Below, in pieces: positions 9,925-19,180 of a stretch of 64,000 nucleotides of DNA. The stretch comes from Labilithrix sp. (GTDB lineage Bacteria > Myxococcota_A > Polyangia > Polyangiales > Polyangiaceae), in contig JAHBWE010000017.1 of the NCBI GenBank assembly GCA_019637155.1, positions 147,627 through 211,626 of the forward strand, in the 5' to 3' direction. A model generated the notes under the pieces. The model saw only the letters and a program-made list of their open reading frames with translations, was not told where the DNA came from and made no database searches. The position numbers were made by a program, and so were the translations under genes. Every line of letters begins with the position of its first letter. Positions within the stretch are counted from its first letter, which is position 1.

Positions 9925-10916
9925 GGAAGTCGAGGAGGCCTGGGCGCATGTCACATACGCCGGCGCCGCCGGACGTGGCCTCGGAGCCGGTGGTGGCGCC
10001 GGAGCCGGAGCCGCAGCCGCCGCCGGATTACGAAGCCGCCGCGCCGCCGCCCGAGGAGCCCGAGGCGCCGCCGCCGGAGGAGCCGGAGCCGCAGCCGTCG
10101 TACGAAGAGGAGTACGAGCAGCAGGAGCCGCCGTACGAAGGCGAGGCGTACGCCGAGGATCAGGCGCCGTACGAGGAGCCGCCGCCGGAGTACGAGACGG
10201 CGCCGATGGCGGGCCCGCCCGACGTGCTCCCGCCGCATCCGTACGATGTCGGCCCCATGACCGGACCTCCGCACCTGCTCGAGCAGATGTACGCGACGGG
10301 CCCGATGGGGGGACCGCCGCATGCGCCGATGCAGGCGCCGCCGCCGATGCAGCCGGACGGCGGGCCGTACCGCGTACCGCCGTACGATCCGACGTTCCTG
10401 CCGGCGCGCGGCGTCCCGATCCCGCGGCCGATCCTCGGCTCGGCGATCGCGGTCTACGGCGTGCTCCTCTGGTCGTTCGTTCTCGCGGGGCAGTTCGCGA
10501 CGTCGTGGTTCGGCGCGGCGCCGATGGACGAGGGGCTCGCGGTGTTCATCGTCTTCGCGTCGACGCTCATCGCGTGGGTCGTCGCGGTGCGGAGGAGCAA
10601 GAGCGCGCTGCCGCCGCCGACGCGCGCGAAGCTCGTCGGCCGCTCGCTCGGCATCGTCGCCCTCGCCTTCACGGCCTTCTTCGTCACGCTCATCGGCGCC
10701 ACGATCGCGGGCCAGATCGGCGCCCGCGATCACGACTTCGTCATCGCCTTCGGCCTCGTCACGATCGCGGTGACGGCGTCCGCGCTCGGCCCCCGCCTCG
10801 CGCACCCGCTCCGCCCCGCCCTCTCCCACGGCGCCCGCTTCGGCGTCGTCGTGATGTGGCTCGTCGGCGCCATCGCGACCTTCGTAGCGGGCGCGCAGCT
10901 CGCGACGAACGGGTAG
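9921..10916 (+). CDS. Pro/Glu/Tyr-rich membrane protein (acidic low-complexity N-terminus plus four TM helices)
   Basis: The ATG at 9921 overlaps the upstream stop (ATGA), with GGGGAGG upstream. The N-terminal ~150 aa are PEPEPQPPPDYEAAAPPPEEPE...PPYEGEAYAEDQAPYEEPPPEYE, rich in PPxY/PY motifs. The C-terminal half has four hydrophobic helices. It is co-directional and coupled with the two giant genes. Confidence 0.65.
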   Translation: MRKSRRPGRMSHTPAPPDVASEPVVAPEPEPQPPPDYEAAAPPPEEPEAPPPEEPEPQPSYEEEYEQQEPPYEGEAYAEDQAPYEEPPPEYETAPMAGPPDVLPPHPYDVGPMTGPPHLLEQMYATGPMGGPPHAPMQAPPPMQPDGGPYRVPPYDPTFLPARGVPIPRPILGSAIAVYGVLLWSFVLAGQFATSWFGAAPMDEGLAVFIVFASTLIAWVVAVRRSKSALPPPTRAKLVGRSLGIVALAFTAFFVTLIGATIAGQIGARDHDFVIAFGLVTIAVTASALGPRLAHPLRPALSHGARFGVVVMWLVGAIATFVAGAQLATNG

Positions 10917-11171
10917 AGGCCCGGTCGCGAGTAAGAGGTGCCCATGGGTGGAGACGCGGTGATCGGCCTCGCGGAGCCGGGCGGAGGATGGCGAGGGGTG
11001 TACGTTCGGTCCCCGTACGAGCCCGATGGGCTCGGGAGGAGACTGCTCGATCTGGTCGCCGAGGTGGGCGGGGAGTCGAGCGCCGCGTGGGAGAGGATCG
11101 CGAGCGCGCCGGACGGCTGGCGTGATGCGTTTCGCGATGCGTACGAGGCTGGCCGCGCGTCCGCGGGCGCA

Positions 11172-11762
11172 TCAGGTGAGGCGCATGACGCCGTCTACAT
11201 GGGTCATCCCCTCGTAGATCGAGTCGACCTCCAGTCGAGCGTCGACCGAACGCAACACCAAGGTCTCGCCGCGGGCGGCGTAGGTGGTCGTCCACGTCCC
11301 ATCGGGATTGCGGACATGACTCTCGATGAGGGGGTCCTGGTGCGAGACGAGGACGTACTCCTTGAGGCTCGTCAGCGACCGATAGTGATCGAACTTCTTC
11401 CCACGATCGTAAGCCTCCGTGCTCTCCGACAAGACCTCGACGAGGAGGATCGGGTTGGTGACCGACTCGGGGTCTTCGGCGTCGGTCTCGAGCTTGCCGC
11501 ACACCACGAACCCGTCCGGATAGGTTCCTTTCCCCGACGGGGTGCGCACGCGGATGTCTGGCCCCTCGACCACGCAGTCGCGTCCACTGGAGAGAGAACC
11601 CTTGATGGCGTCGCGAACGCGGGTGCCGAGCCTTCCATGCGCGATCGACCCACCCGACATGGCGAAGATCTCGCCGTCGAAGAACTCGTGCTTCGTCTCG
11701 CTCGTCCCTTCGCGCCTCGCGTACTCGGCGTAACTCAACTCGAGTTTCGGAGCCGACTGCAT
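11172..11762 (-). CDS. Uma2 family endonuclease (DUF820)
   Basis: MQSAPKLELSYAEYARREGTSETKHEFFDGEIFAMSGGSIAHGRLG...NPILLVEVLSESTEAYDRGKKFDHYRSLTSLKEYVLV is a characteristic Uma2 signature. I trimmed the start to the ATG at 11762. Confidence 0.85.
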   Translation of the reverse strand: MQSAPKLELSYAEYARREGTSETKHEFFDGEIFAMSGGSIAHGRLGTRVRDAIKGSLSSGRDCVVEGPDIRVRTPSGKGTYPDGFVVCGKLETDAEDPESVTNPILLVEVLSESTEAYDRGKKFDHYRSLTSLKEYVLVSHQDPLIESHVRNPDGTWTTTYAARGETLVLRSVDARLEVDSIYEGMTHVDGVMRLT

Positions 11763-11866
11763 GGCGGGGAGCCTAGCACATGGCCCTGGTGCGGAAGCTC
11801 CCTGCCGCCGTCGCAGCGCGCGCGTACGCGAAGCTCCAGCACCCTCGCGGCGCCCTCTTCGCCGCA

Positions 11867-12745
11867 TCAGCCTCGGACGTTGACCTCGGCCTGGGTCGTC
11901 CAGGCGTTCGCGCCGTCGAGCCGCGCGTCGAGCGCGCGGACGTCGACGCCGTTCTTCGGATCGCGCGCGAACACGTACGCGTCGAACCCCTCACGGAAGG
12001 CGGCGTCGTCCGCGTAGGACGCGCGGATCTTGGGGTGCGCGGCGAGGAAGGCCTCCTTCGAGACACCCGCGTCGGCGAAGTCACGTCCGGCGATCATCCC
12101 GATGTCGGCGCGGTGCTGGAGCGCCGCGAGCCCCTTCGGATCGCTCATCAGCCGCTCGGTCATGCGAAACGCCTCGGTGTTCGGTCCGCGCGAGACGCCG
12201 GGGAGCTCCTTGAACCGCGCGTCCTTGAACCCGGGCGGCAGGTTCAGCGCGCCGAGGAGACCGACGTGGACGTTCTCCCGCGTCACGGCCTCCGCCTGCT
12301 CGGCCCCCTGCGCGTGCGCGGCGTGGAGCTCGTAGAAGCCGAGCCCGAGGGCCACGAAGGGCGACGCCACGTCGAGCGCGAGCGGGAGGTGAGCCCCCGC
12401 GATCCCGGCGCCGTCCGCGACGACCTCCACCAGGCCGCCGAAGCCGTCCACCCCGACGTGCGCGTGGTGCTCCGCGGAGAGCTCGCGCTGCGTCTTGTCG
12501 CGTCCGTGCACGTCGACGCGGACGCCGAGGTCGCGGCGAAGCACCTGGTTCGTCCCCTCGGTACGATCGAGGTCGGCCGCCTCCGCGTCGGTGAAGTGCC
12601 TTGGTCCGAGCGTCTCCTCGCTGCGGATCGTCGTCTTCTTGTCGATGCCTCGAGGGGCGGGCTTGTGGAGCTCGCCGGGCGGGAGCGTCTCTTCGCTGCT
12701 GATCTCGAGGTACTTGCGGCCACGAACCTGGGTGACGTCGGACAT
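11867..12745 (-). CDS. Hypothetical protein
   Basis: 292-aa ORF with high GC3 and non-repetitive composition (contains EHHAHVGVDGFGG). I recognise no confident family. Confidence 0.5.
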   Translation of the reverse strand: MSDVTQVRGRKYLEISSEETLPPGELHKPAPRGIDKKTTIRSEETLGPRHFTDAEAADLDRTEGTNQVLRRDLGVRVDVHGRDKTQRELSAEHHAHVGVDGFGGLVEVVADGAGIAGAHLPLALDVASPFVALGLGFYELHAAHAQGAEQAEAVTRENVHVGLLGALNLPPGFKDARFKELPGVSRGPNTEAFRMTERLMSDPKGLAALQHRADIGMIAGRDFADAGVSKEAFLAAHPKIRASYADDAAFREGFDAYVFARDPKNGVDVRALDARLDGANAWTTQAEVNVRG

Positions 12746-12948
12746 GCGGCGCGGGTCGGCGCTCCGCGCGCGCGGTTGCGAGAAAAACGCGGCTCGGTCG
12801 CGGGGGTTGGGTCCTGGGCTCGGGGACGGGGCCGGGTTGTAGGAGAAAGGCCCCGACGTCGAGTGAATCCTCCGCGCGGGGGTCCGTCCAACCCTTCACG
12901 TCGTTGGACTCTTGCGCTGGAGCGCCTGAGACGCGACCCTCTCTACCC

Positions 12949-14511
12949 ATGCGCCTTCTTCGCGTCGGTTGTCTTGGTCTTCTCGTCCTCTCGGGCTGCG
13001 TGATCCGCACCGGCACCGGCTCGCAGCAGCCGCAACAGCCGCCGCAGGTGCAGCAGCCGATCCCGCCGCCGACGGCGTACCAGCAGCCCTCGTACGCGTA
13101 CTACAACGGCCAGCCGGCGCCGCCGCCGACGGCGGTCCCGTACATGCCGCCGGCGCTGAGCATCCCGGACGTCGTGAACCTGAACGCGATGCGCTCGGCC
13201 GCGGCGCAGCCTCGGCGCTGCGACCTCCCGGTCGAGGTCTCGCCGAACAACTTCATCCACCTCGACTGCTTCCCCTACCGGCGCGTCGCGATCTCGAGCG
13301 TGCACATGACGCCGGCGAAGCTCCTCTCGATCCGGAGCGGCAGCTTCAAGTGGAACCCGCTCTCTGCGCTCGGCGTCCAGATCCCCGGCGTGCCGAACGC
13401 GCCGACCAACGCGCCGACGCCGATCCGCAACGAGGCGCTGCCGGACATGGTCGACCACCGGCTCAACGGCACCGAGGGCCCGATCAAGGACCAGGGCAGC
13501 GTCGGCGCGTGCACCGCGTTCGCGCTCTCGTCGACCTTCGACAACTCGCTCCGCCGCGGCGCGCAGAACATCACGACGTCGCCGCATCACATGTGGTCCA
13601 AGTACGCCGTCCCCACGATGGAGGACGCCGCCGCCGCCGCGTTCAACGTCCCGATCACCACGCACGAGATCCTGCCGTACAGCGGCAAGGAGGCGTGCCA
13701 GATGGTGAAGGACTCCACCGACGAGTGCCAGATCGCCTACAACGTGCGGCCCAACTCGGTCTCGTCGAACCCCGACCTCGTCGCGAAGCTCCAGCGCGCG
13801 GACCAGTCCGGCGGCCACCGCATCACGAACTTCGAAGAGCTTCAGGTCAAGCCGCCGAACATCGAGGAGATCGTCGCCGTCCTCGCGAGCGGCGCCGACC
13901 TCTGGATCGCGATGCACATCGACTCGGGCGCGTTCTCGAACCGCCGCATGCAAAACTTCGTGGTCCCCGACTGGGCGATCCCGGACGGCGGCCACGCGAT
14001 GACGATGTCCGGCTACCGCAAGGTGAACGGCCAGTACCAGTTCCTCCTCCACAACAGCTGGGGCGTGAGCTGGGGCGACAAGGGCTACGCCTGGGTCAGC
14101 CAGCCGATGGTGCAGCGATGGTTGCATCTTGCATACAAGATCAAGACCGACGCGGATCCGGGCGGCAACACGCCGGTCCTCCCGAAGACGGACGAAGACT
14201 GCAAGGCCGACCAGGTCATCGACACGGTGACGAAGACCTGCGCGACCGTCTGCAGCGACGGCTCGCACCCCGCGAACGGCCAGTGCCAGGGCGGCGCGCA
14301 GCCCGCGCCCGGCGGACTCATCCCCGGATTCCCCGGTATCCCCGGCCTCACGATCCCCGGCTGGCCGCAGCCGCAGCCGCAGCCGGCCCCGAACCAGCCG
14401 AATCAGCCCAACCAACCGAACCAGCCCAACCAGCCGAACCAGCAGCCGGCCTGGCCGTGGCCGATGCCGTCGAACTTCCCGCCGTTCTTCCAGCCCCAGC
14501 CGACGAAGTAG
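12949..14511 (+). CDS. Papain-like (C1 family) cysteine peptidase lipoprotein with a Q/P/N-rich repeat tail
   Basis: Lipobox: MRLLRVGCLGLLVLSGC. Catalytic Cys block: DQGSVGACTAFALSST. His/Asn block: HAMTMSGY...LLHNSWGVSWGDKGYAWV. The C-terminus has six PNQ repeats and PQPQPQ. I trimmed the start to the ATG at 12949. Confidence 0.8.
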   Translation: MRLLRVGCLGLLVLSGCVIRTGTGSQQPQQPPQVQQPIPPPTAYQQPSYAYYNGQPAPPPTAVPYMPPALSIPDVVNLNAMRSAAAQPRRCDLPVEVSPNNFIHLDCFPYRRVAISSVHMTPAKLLSIRSGSFKWNPLSALGVQIPGVPNAPTNAPTPIRNEALPDMVDHRLNGTEGPIKDQGSVGACTAFALSSTFDNSLRRGAQNITTSPHHMWSKYAVPTMEDAAAAAFNVPITTHEILPYSGKEACQMVKDSTDECQIAYNVRPNSVSSNPDLVAKLQRADQSGGHRITNFEELQVKPPNIEEIVAVLASGADLWIAMHIDSGAFSNRRMQNFVVPDWAIPDGGHAMTMSGYRKVNGQYQFLLHNSWGVSWGDKGYAWVSQPMVQRWLHLAYKIKTDADPGGNTPVLPKTDEDCKADQVIDTVTKTCATVCSDGSHPANGQCQGGAQPAPGGLIPGFPGIPGLTIPGWPQPQPQPAPNQPNQPNQPNQPNQPNQQPAWPWPMPSNFPPFFQPQPTK

Positions 14512-14556
14512 CGACGACGACGGCAACCGGAGCGCGCGCTGCATCATCGAAGCAGC

Positions 14557-15585
14557 GTGCGCTCCGCCATTTCCCTCTCCGCGCTCGACCTCGTACCGCT
14601 CTGCACCGGCGGCACGAGCGCGCAGGCGCTCGCGAGCTCGGTGGAGCTCGCGCGAAGCCTCGACCGGAGCGGGTACACGCGGCTCTGGTACGCCGAGCAC
14701 CACAACATGCCGGGCATCGCGACGACGACGCCCGAGATCCTCATCGCCCACGTCGCGCCGCAGACCGAGCGCATCCGCCTCGGCGCGGGCGGCGTGATGC
14801 TGCCGAACCACTCACCGCTGAAGGTCGCCGAGGCGTACAAGCTCCTCGCCGCGCTGCATCCGGGCCGCATCGACCTCGGGCTCGGGCGCGCGCCCGGCAC
14901 GGACGGTCTCACCGCGATCGCGCTCCGTCGCTCGCGCGCCGCGCTCGGCGCCGACGACTTCGTCGAGCAGCTGGACGAGCTCACCGCCTGGGACGCGGGC
15001 GACTTCCCCGCCGACCACCCGTTCCGCGCGGTGCGCGCGATGCCGGACGACGTCGCGCTACCGCCGATCTACCTCCTCGGATCGAGCGACTACAGCGCGA
15101 AGCTCGCGGCCGAGCTCGGGCTGCCGTTCGCGTTCGCGGCGCACTTCAGCCCGGACGCGCCCGACGCCGCGATGAGCCTCTATCGCGATCGCTTCCGGCC
15201 GAGCACGACGCTCGCGAAGCCGCACGCGATCCTCGCGCTCGCGGTGTTCTGCGGAGACACGGAGGACACCGCGAAGCGGATGGCGTCGTCGATGCAGCTC
15301 ACCTTCGCGCAGCTCCGCACCGGCAAGCCGGGGCGCATGCCGAGCCCGGACGAGGTCGAGGCCCACGCGTGGACGCCGGCCGAGCGGAGCGTCGTCGACT
15401 TCGTGAACCGCCTCCAGATCGTCGGCACACCCGAGCAGTGCCGCGCGCGCATCCTCGAGGTCGCGGAGCGAACGCGCGCGGACGAGGTCATGATCGCGAC
15501 CCACGCCTACGACCCCGCGGCGCGCATCCGCTCCTACGAGCTCCTCGCCGGCGCCTTCGGGCTCCGCGAAGGGACCCAGCCATAA
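14557..15585 (+). CDS. LLM-class flavin-dependent oxidoreductase (luciferase-like monooxygenase, MsnO8-type)
   Basis: GTG start. SALDLVPL...YTRLWYAEHHNMPGIA...LGLGRAPGTD is a typical LLM/YhbW signature. Confidence 0.85.
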   Translation: MRSAISLSALDLVPLCTGGTSAQALASSVELARSLDRSGYTRLWYAEHHNMPGIATTTPEILIAHVAPQTERIRLGAGGVMLPNHSPLKVAEAYKLLAALHPGRIDLGLGRAPGTDGLTAIALRRSRAALGADDFVEQLDELTAWDAGDFPADHPFRAVRAMPDDVALPPIYLLGSSDYSAKLAAELGLPFAFAAHFSPDAPDAAMSLYRDRFRPSTTLAKPHAILALAVFCGDTEDTAKRMASSMQLTFAQLRTGKPGRMPSPDEVEAHAWTPAERSVVDFVNRLQIVGTPEQCRARILEVAERTRADEVMIATHAYDPAARIRSYELLAGAFGLREGTQP

Positions 15586-15669
15586 TGCAATGCGTCGGCC
15601 AACGACGCGGCTATCACGGCTGAAATACCGCCTTGACATGATGCGTCACGACCATAGTCTTACTGCGTC

Positions 15670-16179
15670 ATGGAGAAGCTCCCTCCACTTCGGACGCGCC
15701 TGCGGCCGATTGTGCCAGCGGACGTCGCGGAGCTGAAGCGTGGGCTCATCCGGCTGTCACCGGAGACGCGGATCAAGCGGTTCCACGCGCCGGTGAGCCA
15801 GCTCACCGACGCGCAGTGGGACTACCTCACGAACGTCGACGGCGTCGATCACGTCGCGTACGCCGCGTGCCTGGAGGAGGCGTTCGAGGACGCGCCGCCC
15901 GGCGCGATCGTCGGCGTCGGCCGCTTCATCCGCGATCCGAAGGATCCGCGCATCGCGGAGGTCGCGTTCGTCGTGCACGACAACGTGCAGCGCCGCGGGA
16001 TCGGGCGCGCGCTCCGCGACGCGATCCGTGACGCCGCGATCGATCGCGGCGTCGAGTTCTTCCGCGCGCACGTGCTGCCCTCGAACCTCGGGATGCGGAG
16101 GCTGCTCGAGACCCCCTCGCTCATCCGCCTCGGCGAACGCGAAGGCGCGATCGACTTCCGAATCTCACGCGCCGCGTGA
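15670..16179 (+). CDS. GNAT family N-acetyltransferase
   Basis: VQRRGIGRALRDAIRDAA is the acetyl-CoA-binding Q/RxxGxG/A motif. A TTGACA-like -35 lies upstream. Confidence 0.8.
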   Translation: MEKLPPLRTRLRPIVPADVAELKRGLIRLSPETRIKRFHAPVSQLTDAQWDYLTNVDGVDHVAYAACLEEAFEDAPPGAIVGVGRFIRDPKDPRIAEVAFVVHDNVQRRGIGRALRDAIRDAAIDRGVEFFRAHVLPSNLGMRRLLETPSLIRLGEREGAIDFRISRAA

Positions 16180-16989
16180 AGGCACCGCCGCTGCTCCGAC
16201 GAGCCCGAGCTCCTCGTCCGTCGCGGCGGGGCCGTACTTGTCGCGCGGCGGCATCGGTCGCCGCGACCAGTGCGGCTCGAACGCGAACGACGAGACCTTG
16301 CGCCCCGGGGCGAGCCCGCCGTTTCCGACGTTGAGCGCGTAGTCGTAGTACAGCTTGATGATCTCCTCGCGCTCGACCTGCTGCGCGGCGGGGTGCTCGA
16401 GGCACGCGTCGACCCAGCGCCGAACGCGCGCGAACCTCGGCTCGTCCGGGAGCGCGAAGCCTTCGTAGTACTCGACGAACCAGAAGCGCATGAACATCGG
16501 CGTGAACACCGCCTCCGCCCAGCCGAAGTCGTCGCGGAGGAACGTGCGGTCCGGGGCGTGGCGGACGAGGAACGCGTCGAGGAGCGCGTACTGCGCGAGC
16601 AGCTTGTCGCGCAGCGCGTCGCGCTTCGAGCGGTCCTGGTTCATCACGAACCCGTAGCCCGCGCTCACGAACGGTCCCTCGAGCGCGGTCAGCATGTTCT
16701 CGACGCCGCGCTCGTACGGATCGCGCGCGGCGACGCGCGGCTCCGGGAAGCGGTCTTCGAGGTACTGCATGAGGACGAGGCTCTCGCGCAGGACGCCGCC
16801 CGTCTCCGTCTCGAGGATCGGGAGCGACGTGCTGCCCGGCGTCTTCGCGAGAAGCGCGGGGTCCCGCGGCTTCGTGATGTCGACGACCTCGAAGCGGACC
16901 TGATCGCGCAGCCCCTTCAGCGTGAGCAGCACCTCGAGCCGCTGGCAGAAGGGACACACCGGGATGTGGTAGACGCGGAGCTCGCTCAT
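16165..16989 (-). CDS. Glutathione S-transferase family protein
   Basis: N-terminal thioredoxin fold with CPFC (MSELRVYHIPVCPFCQRLEVLL), then a GST C-terminal helical domain. Confidence 0.8.
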   Translation of the reverse strand: MSELRVYHIPVCPFCQRLEVLLTLKGLRDQVRFEVVDITKPRDPALLAKTPGSTSLPILETETGGVLRESLVLMQYLEDRFPEPRVAARDPYERGVENMLTALEGPFVSAGYGFVMNQDRSKRDALRDKLLAQYALLDAFLVRHAPDRTFLRDDFGWAEAVFTPMFMRFWFVEYYEGFALPDEPRFARVRRWVDACLEHPAAQQVEREEIIKLYYDYALNVGNGGLAPGRKVSSFAFEPHWSRRPMPPRDKYGPAATDEELGLVGAAAVPSRGA

Positions 16990-16998
16990 CGCTCGAGC

Positions 16999-17790
16999 CT
17001 ACCCCGGCCAGCGCGCGAGGACGACGCGTCGATCGACGACGACGGCGCCGTGCGTCCGCTCGTACACCGTGAGCGACGCACCTTCGCGCACGACGACCGT
17101 CGACGTCCGCGTGCCGTAGCCCATCTCCGGCATGCGGATGAACGCGGGCGAGAGCGAGCGCTCCATCTCGACGCCGACGCCGGTCGACGGCAGCGACGGA
17201 TCGGGCGCCGCGACGTCGTCCGCGAGCGCGGCGAAGAGCGCGATCGCGAGCTCGTCCGCCGCCCCCGCGCCGCGCAGCGCGGGCGCGATCCGCTCCGTCA
17301 GCGCGGTCACCTTGGGCCACGGCGTGTCGATCGACGCGTTGGAGAGGCCGTGGAGGCCGGGCCCTACCGTCGTCCGCGCCACGCCGTGGTTCGAGAGGTG
17401 CACGACCTCGGCGCCGCCGCGATCGAACGCGAGCACGTTGACCCCCGCGAAGCCGGCGCCGGTGACGTGGCGCTCGAGCGCGTCGAAGGTCGTGTCTGCG
17501 CGCAGCCAGCGCTCCACGATCTCGCCGCGCGACGGCGCGGCGGGGGCGACGACCTCGCTCGGATCGCGCACGTTCGTCACGAGCGCGATCCGCCCCGCCG
17601 CCGAGACGCCGAGCCACGTGCCGCCGCCTTGGAGGTCGCGGCCGCCGAGGATCGGCGCGTTCCCCTCCCCGACCTCGGGCGTCCACCAGTCGAGCGGCGC
17701 GGTGGGGCGCGCGTAGAATTCGTCGCGGTTCGCGGCGATGACGAGCGGGAAGCGCTCCGAGACGCCGAGCGCGAGGCCGACGAGGCACAT
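16999..17790 (-). CDS. NRDE family protein (TANGO2/DUF833-like)
   Basis: [30 protein letters not shown] is the canonical MC...NRDE N-terminus. Confidence 0.85.
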   Translation of the reverse strand: MCLVGLALGVSERFPLVIAANRDEFYARPTAPLDWWTPEVGEGNAPILGGRDLQGGGTWLGVSAAGRIALVTNVRDPSEVVAPAAPSRGEIVERWLRADTTFDALERHVTGAGFAGVNVLAFDRGGAEVVHLSNHGVARTTVGPGLHGLSNASIDTPWPKVTALTERIAPALRGAGAADELAIALFAALADDVAAPDPSLPSTGVGVEMERSLSPAFIRMPEMGYGTRTSTVVVREGASLTVYERTHGAVVVDRRVVLARWPG

Positions 17791-17791
17791 G

Positions 17792-18427
17792 TCAGGCGCG
17801 GCCGGCGAGCGCCTGCTTGGCGCGCGTCGTGATCGGGTGGTGGACGCCGAGCCCGAGATCGTAGGCGGCGATCGCTTGCCCGATCGCCATCTTCCAGCTC
17901 TCCCAGTCCTCGGTGTCGGCGTAGACGTCCGCGATCTTCATCCAGACGTCGCCGCTCGCGCGCGGCGGCGCCTTCATCACGAGGACGGCCATGCCGGCGC
18001 GGTAGAACGACTCGGCGGCCTCGAGATCGCCCATCGCGTGCGAGAGCAAGCCGAGCGCGACCGCGAGGCGGCCGGCGTCCTCGCCCTTCTTGTCGGCCGC
18101 CTTCGCCTCTTCGAGCGACTGCGCGAGGAGCGCGTGGAGCTCGGGCGCGGGCTCGCCGAACATCACGGTCGTGCCGTCGCTCGCGGAGGCCCACGCCCAG
18201 ATCGCGTCCTCGAGATCGACCGCCGTGTCCTCGCCGGTCCCGGGCGCGGCGCCGTGCGCGGTGAGGACGAGGGCCGGGTCTTCGCCGGCGACGACGCGGC
18301 TCGGGAAACCGCTCGTCACCGCGGCGTCGCTCGCGAGCACGGACACGTCCAGCACGCGGACGGCGGCGCCTTCGAGCGTTCCCTTCGCGAGGTAGACGAG
18401 CAGCTGGTCGCGCGGCGCTTGATCCAT
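17792..18427 (-). CDS. Hypothetical protein (helical, TPR-like C-terminus)
   Basis: I trimmed the start to the ATG at 18427. The stop abuts the NRDE start (CATGTCA), suggesting a minus-strand operon of this gene, NRDE and the GST. Confidence 0.5.
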   Translation of the reverse strand: MDQAPRDQLLVYLAKGTLEGAAVRVLDVSVLASDAAVTSGFPSRVVAGEDPALVLTAHGAAPGTGEDTAVDLEDAIWAWASASDGTTVMFGEPAPELHALLAQSLEEAKAADKKGEDAGRLAVALGLLSHAMGDLEAAESFYRAGMAVLVMKAPPRASGDVWMKIADVYADTEDWESWKMAIGQAIAAYDLGLGVHHPITTRAKQALAGRA

Positions 18428-18472
18428 GGGATTTCCGGCGAAGGTTACTCCCTTTTCTGCTATCCGCGGGGC

Positions 18473-19171
18473 ATGGGCGCACAGTGGAAGCAGAAGGGCC
18501 GCGAGGCCAGCGCGGCCGCGAAGGGCCGCGTCATGGGGAAGCTCGCGAAGGAGATCATGATCGCCGCGCGCGGCGGCCCCGATCCGACGATGAACCCGCG
18601 CCTGCGCATGGCGGTCGAGGCGGCGAAGAAAGCCTCGATGACGAAGGACACGCTCGAGCGCGCGATCAAGAAGGGCGCCGGTCTCCTCGACGAGCCGGTC
18701 AACTACGAGACCGTCGTGTACGAGGGCTTCGCTCCGCACCAGGTGCCGGTCATCGTCGAGTGCCTCACCGACAACCGGAACCGCACCGGCGCGAACGTCC
18801 GCGTCCTCTTCCGCAAGGGCCAGCTCGGCGCGGCGGGCTCGGTGTCGTGGGACTTCGCGCGCATCGGCGCGATCGAGGCGACGCCGCCGCCCGGCGGCGC
18901 CGACGCGGACGAGGCCGCGATCGAGGCGGGCGCGCAGGACCTCGAGCCGGCCGACGACGGCGCGACGCGCTTCTTCACCGAGACGGCGGACCTCGACGCG
19001 GTGAGCAAGGCGCTCACCGACCGCAAGTGGAACGTCACCTCCGCGAACCTCATCTGGAAGCCGAAGAACCCGGTCACGCTCGACGACGCGAAGCGCGCCG
19101 AGGTCGAGTCGTTCCTCGAGTCGATCGACGAAGACGACGACGTCCAGAACATCTACGTCGGCCTCGCCTGA
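18473..19171 (+). CDS. YebC/PmpR family DNA-binding transcriptional regulator
   Basis: [45 protein letters not shown] is the hallmark YebC N-terminus. I trimmed the start from the 17738 ORF. Confidence 0.9.
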   Translation: MGAQWKQKGREASAAAKGRVMGKLAKEIMIAARGGPDPTMNPRLRMAVEAAKKASMTKDTLERAIKKGAGLLDEPVNYETVVYEGFAPHQVPVIVECLTDNRNRTGANVRVLFRKGQLGAAGSVSWDFARIGAIEATPPPGGADADEAAIEAGAQDLEPADDGATRFFTETADLDAVSKALTDRKWNVTSANLIWKPKNPVTLDDAKRAEVESFLESIDEDDDVQNIYVGLA

Positions 19172-19180
19172 CGACGAGGC

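Noticed and set aside
854-9954. Very long minus-strand ORFs (854..5878, 1674 aa; 5791..9954, 1387 aa) antisense to the giant genes
   Set aside because: They are Arg/Ala/Gly-rich and low-complexity, and share third codon positions with the real plus-strand genes. This is the classic antisense artefact of a 70%-GC genome.
17738-18472. N-terminal extension of the YebC ORF
   Set aside because: It overlaps the minus-strand hypothetical gene, and YebC homologues start at the conserved MGxxWKxKG motif (ATG at 18473).
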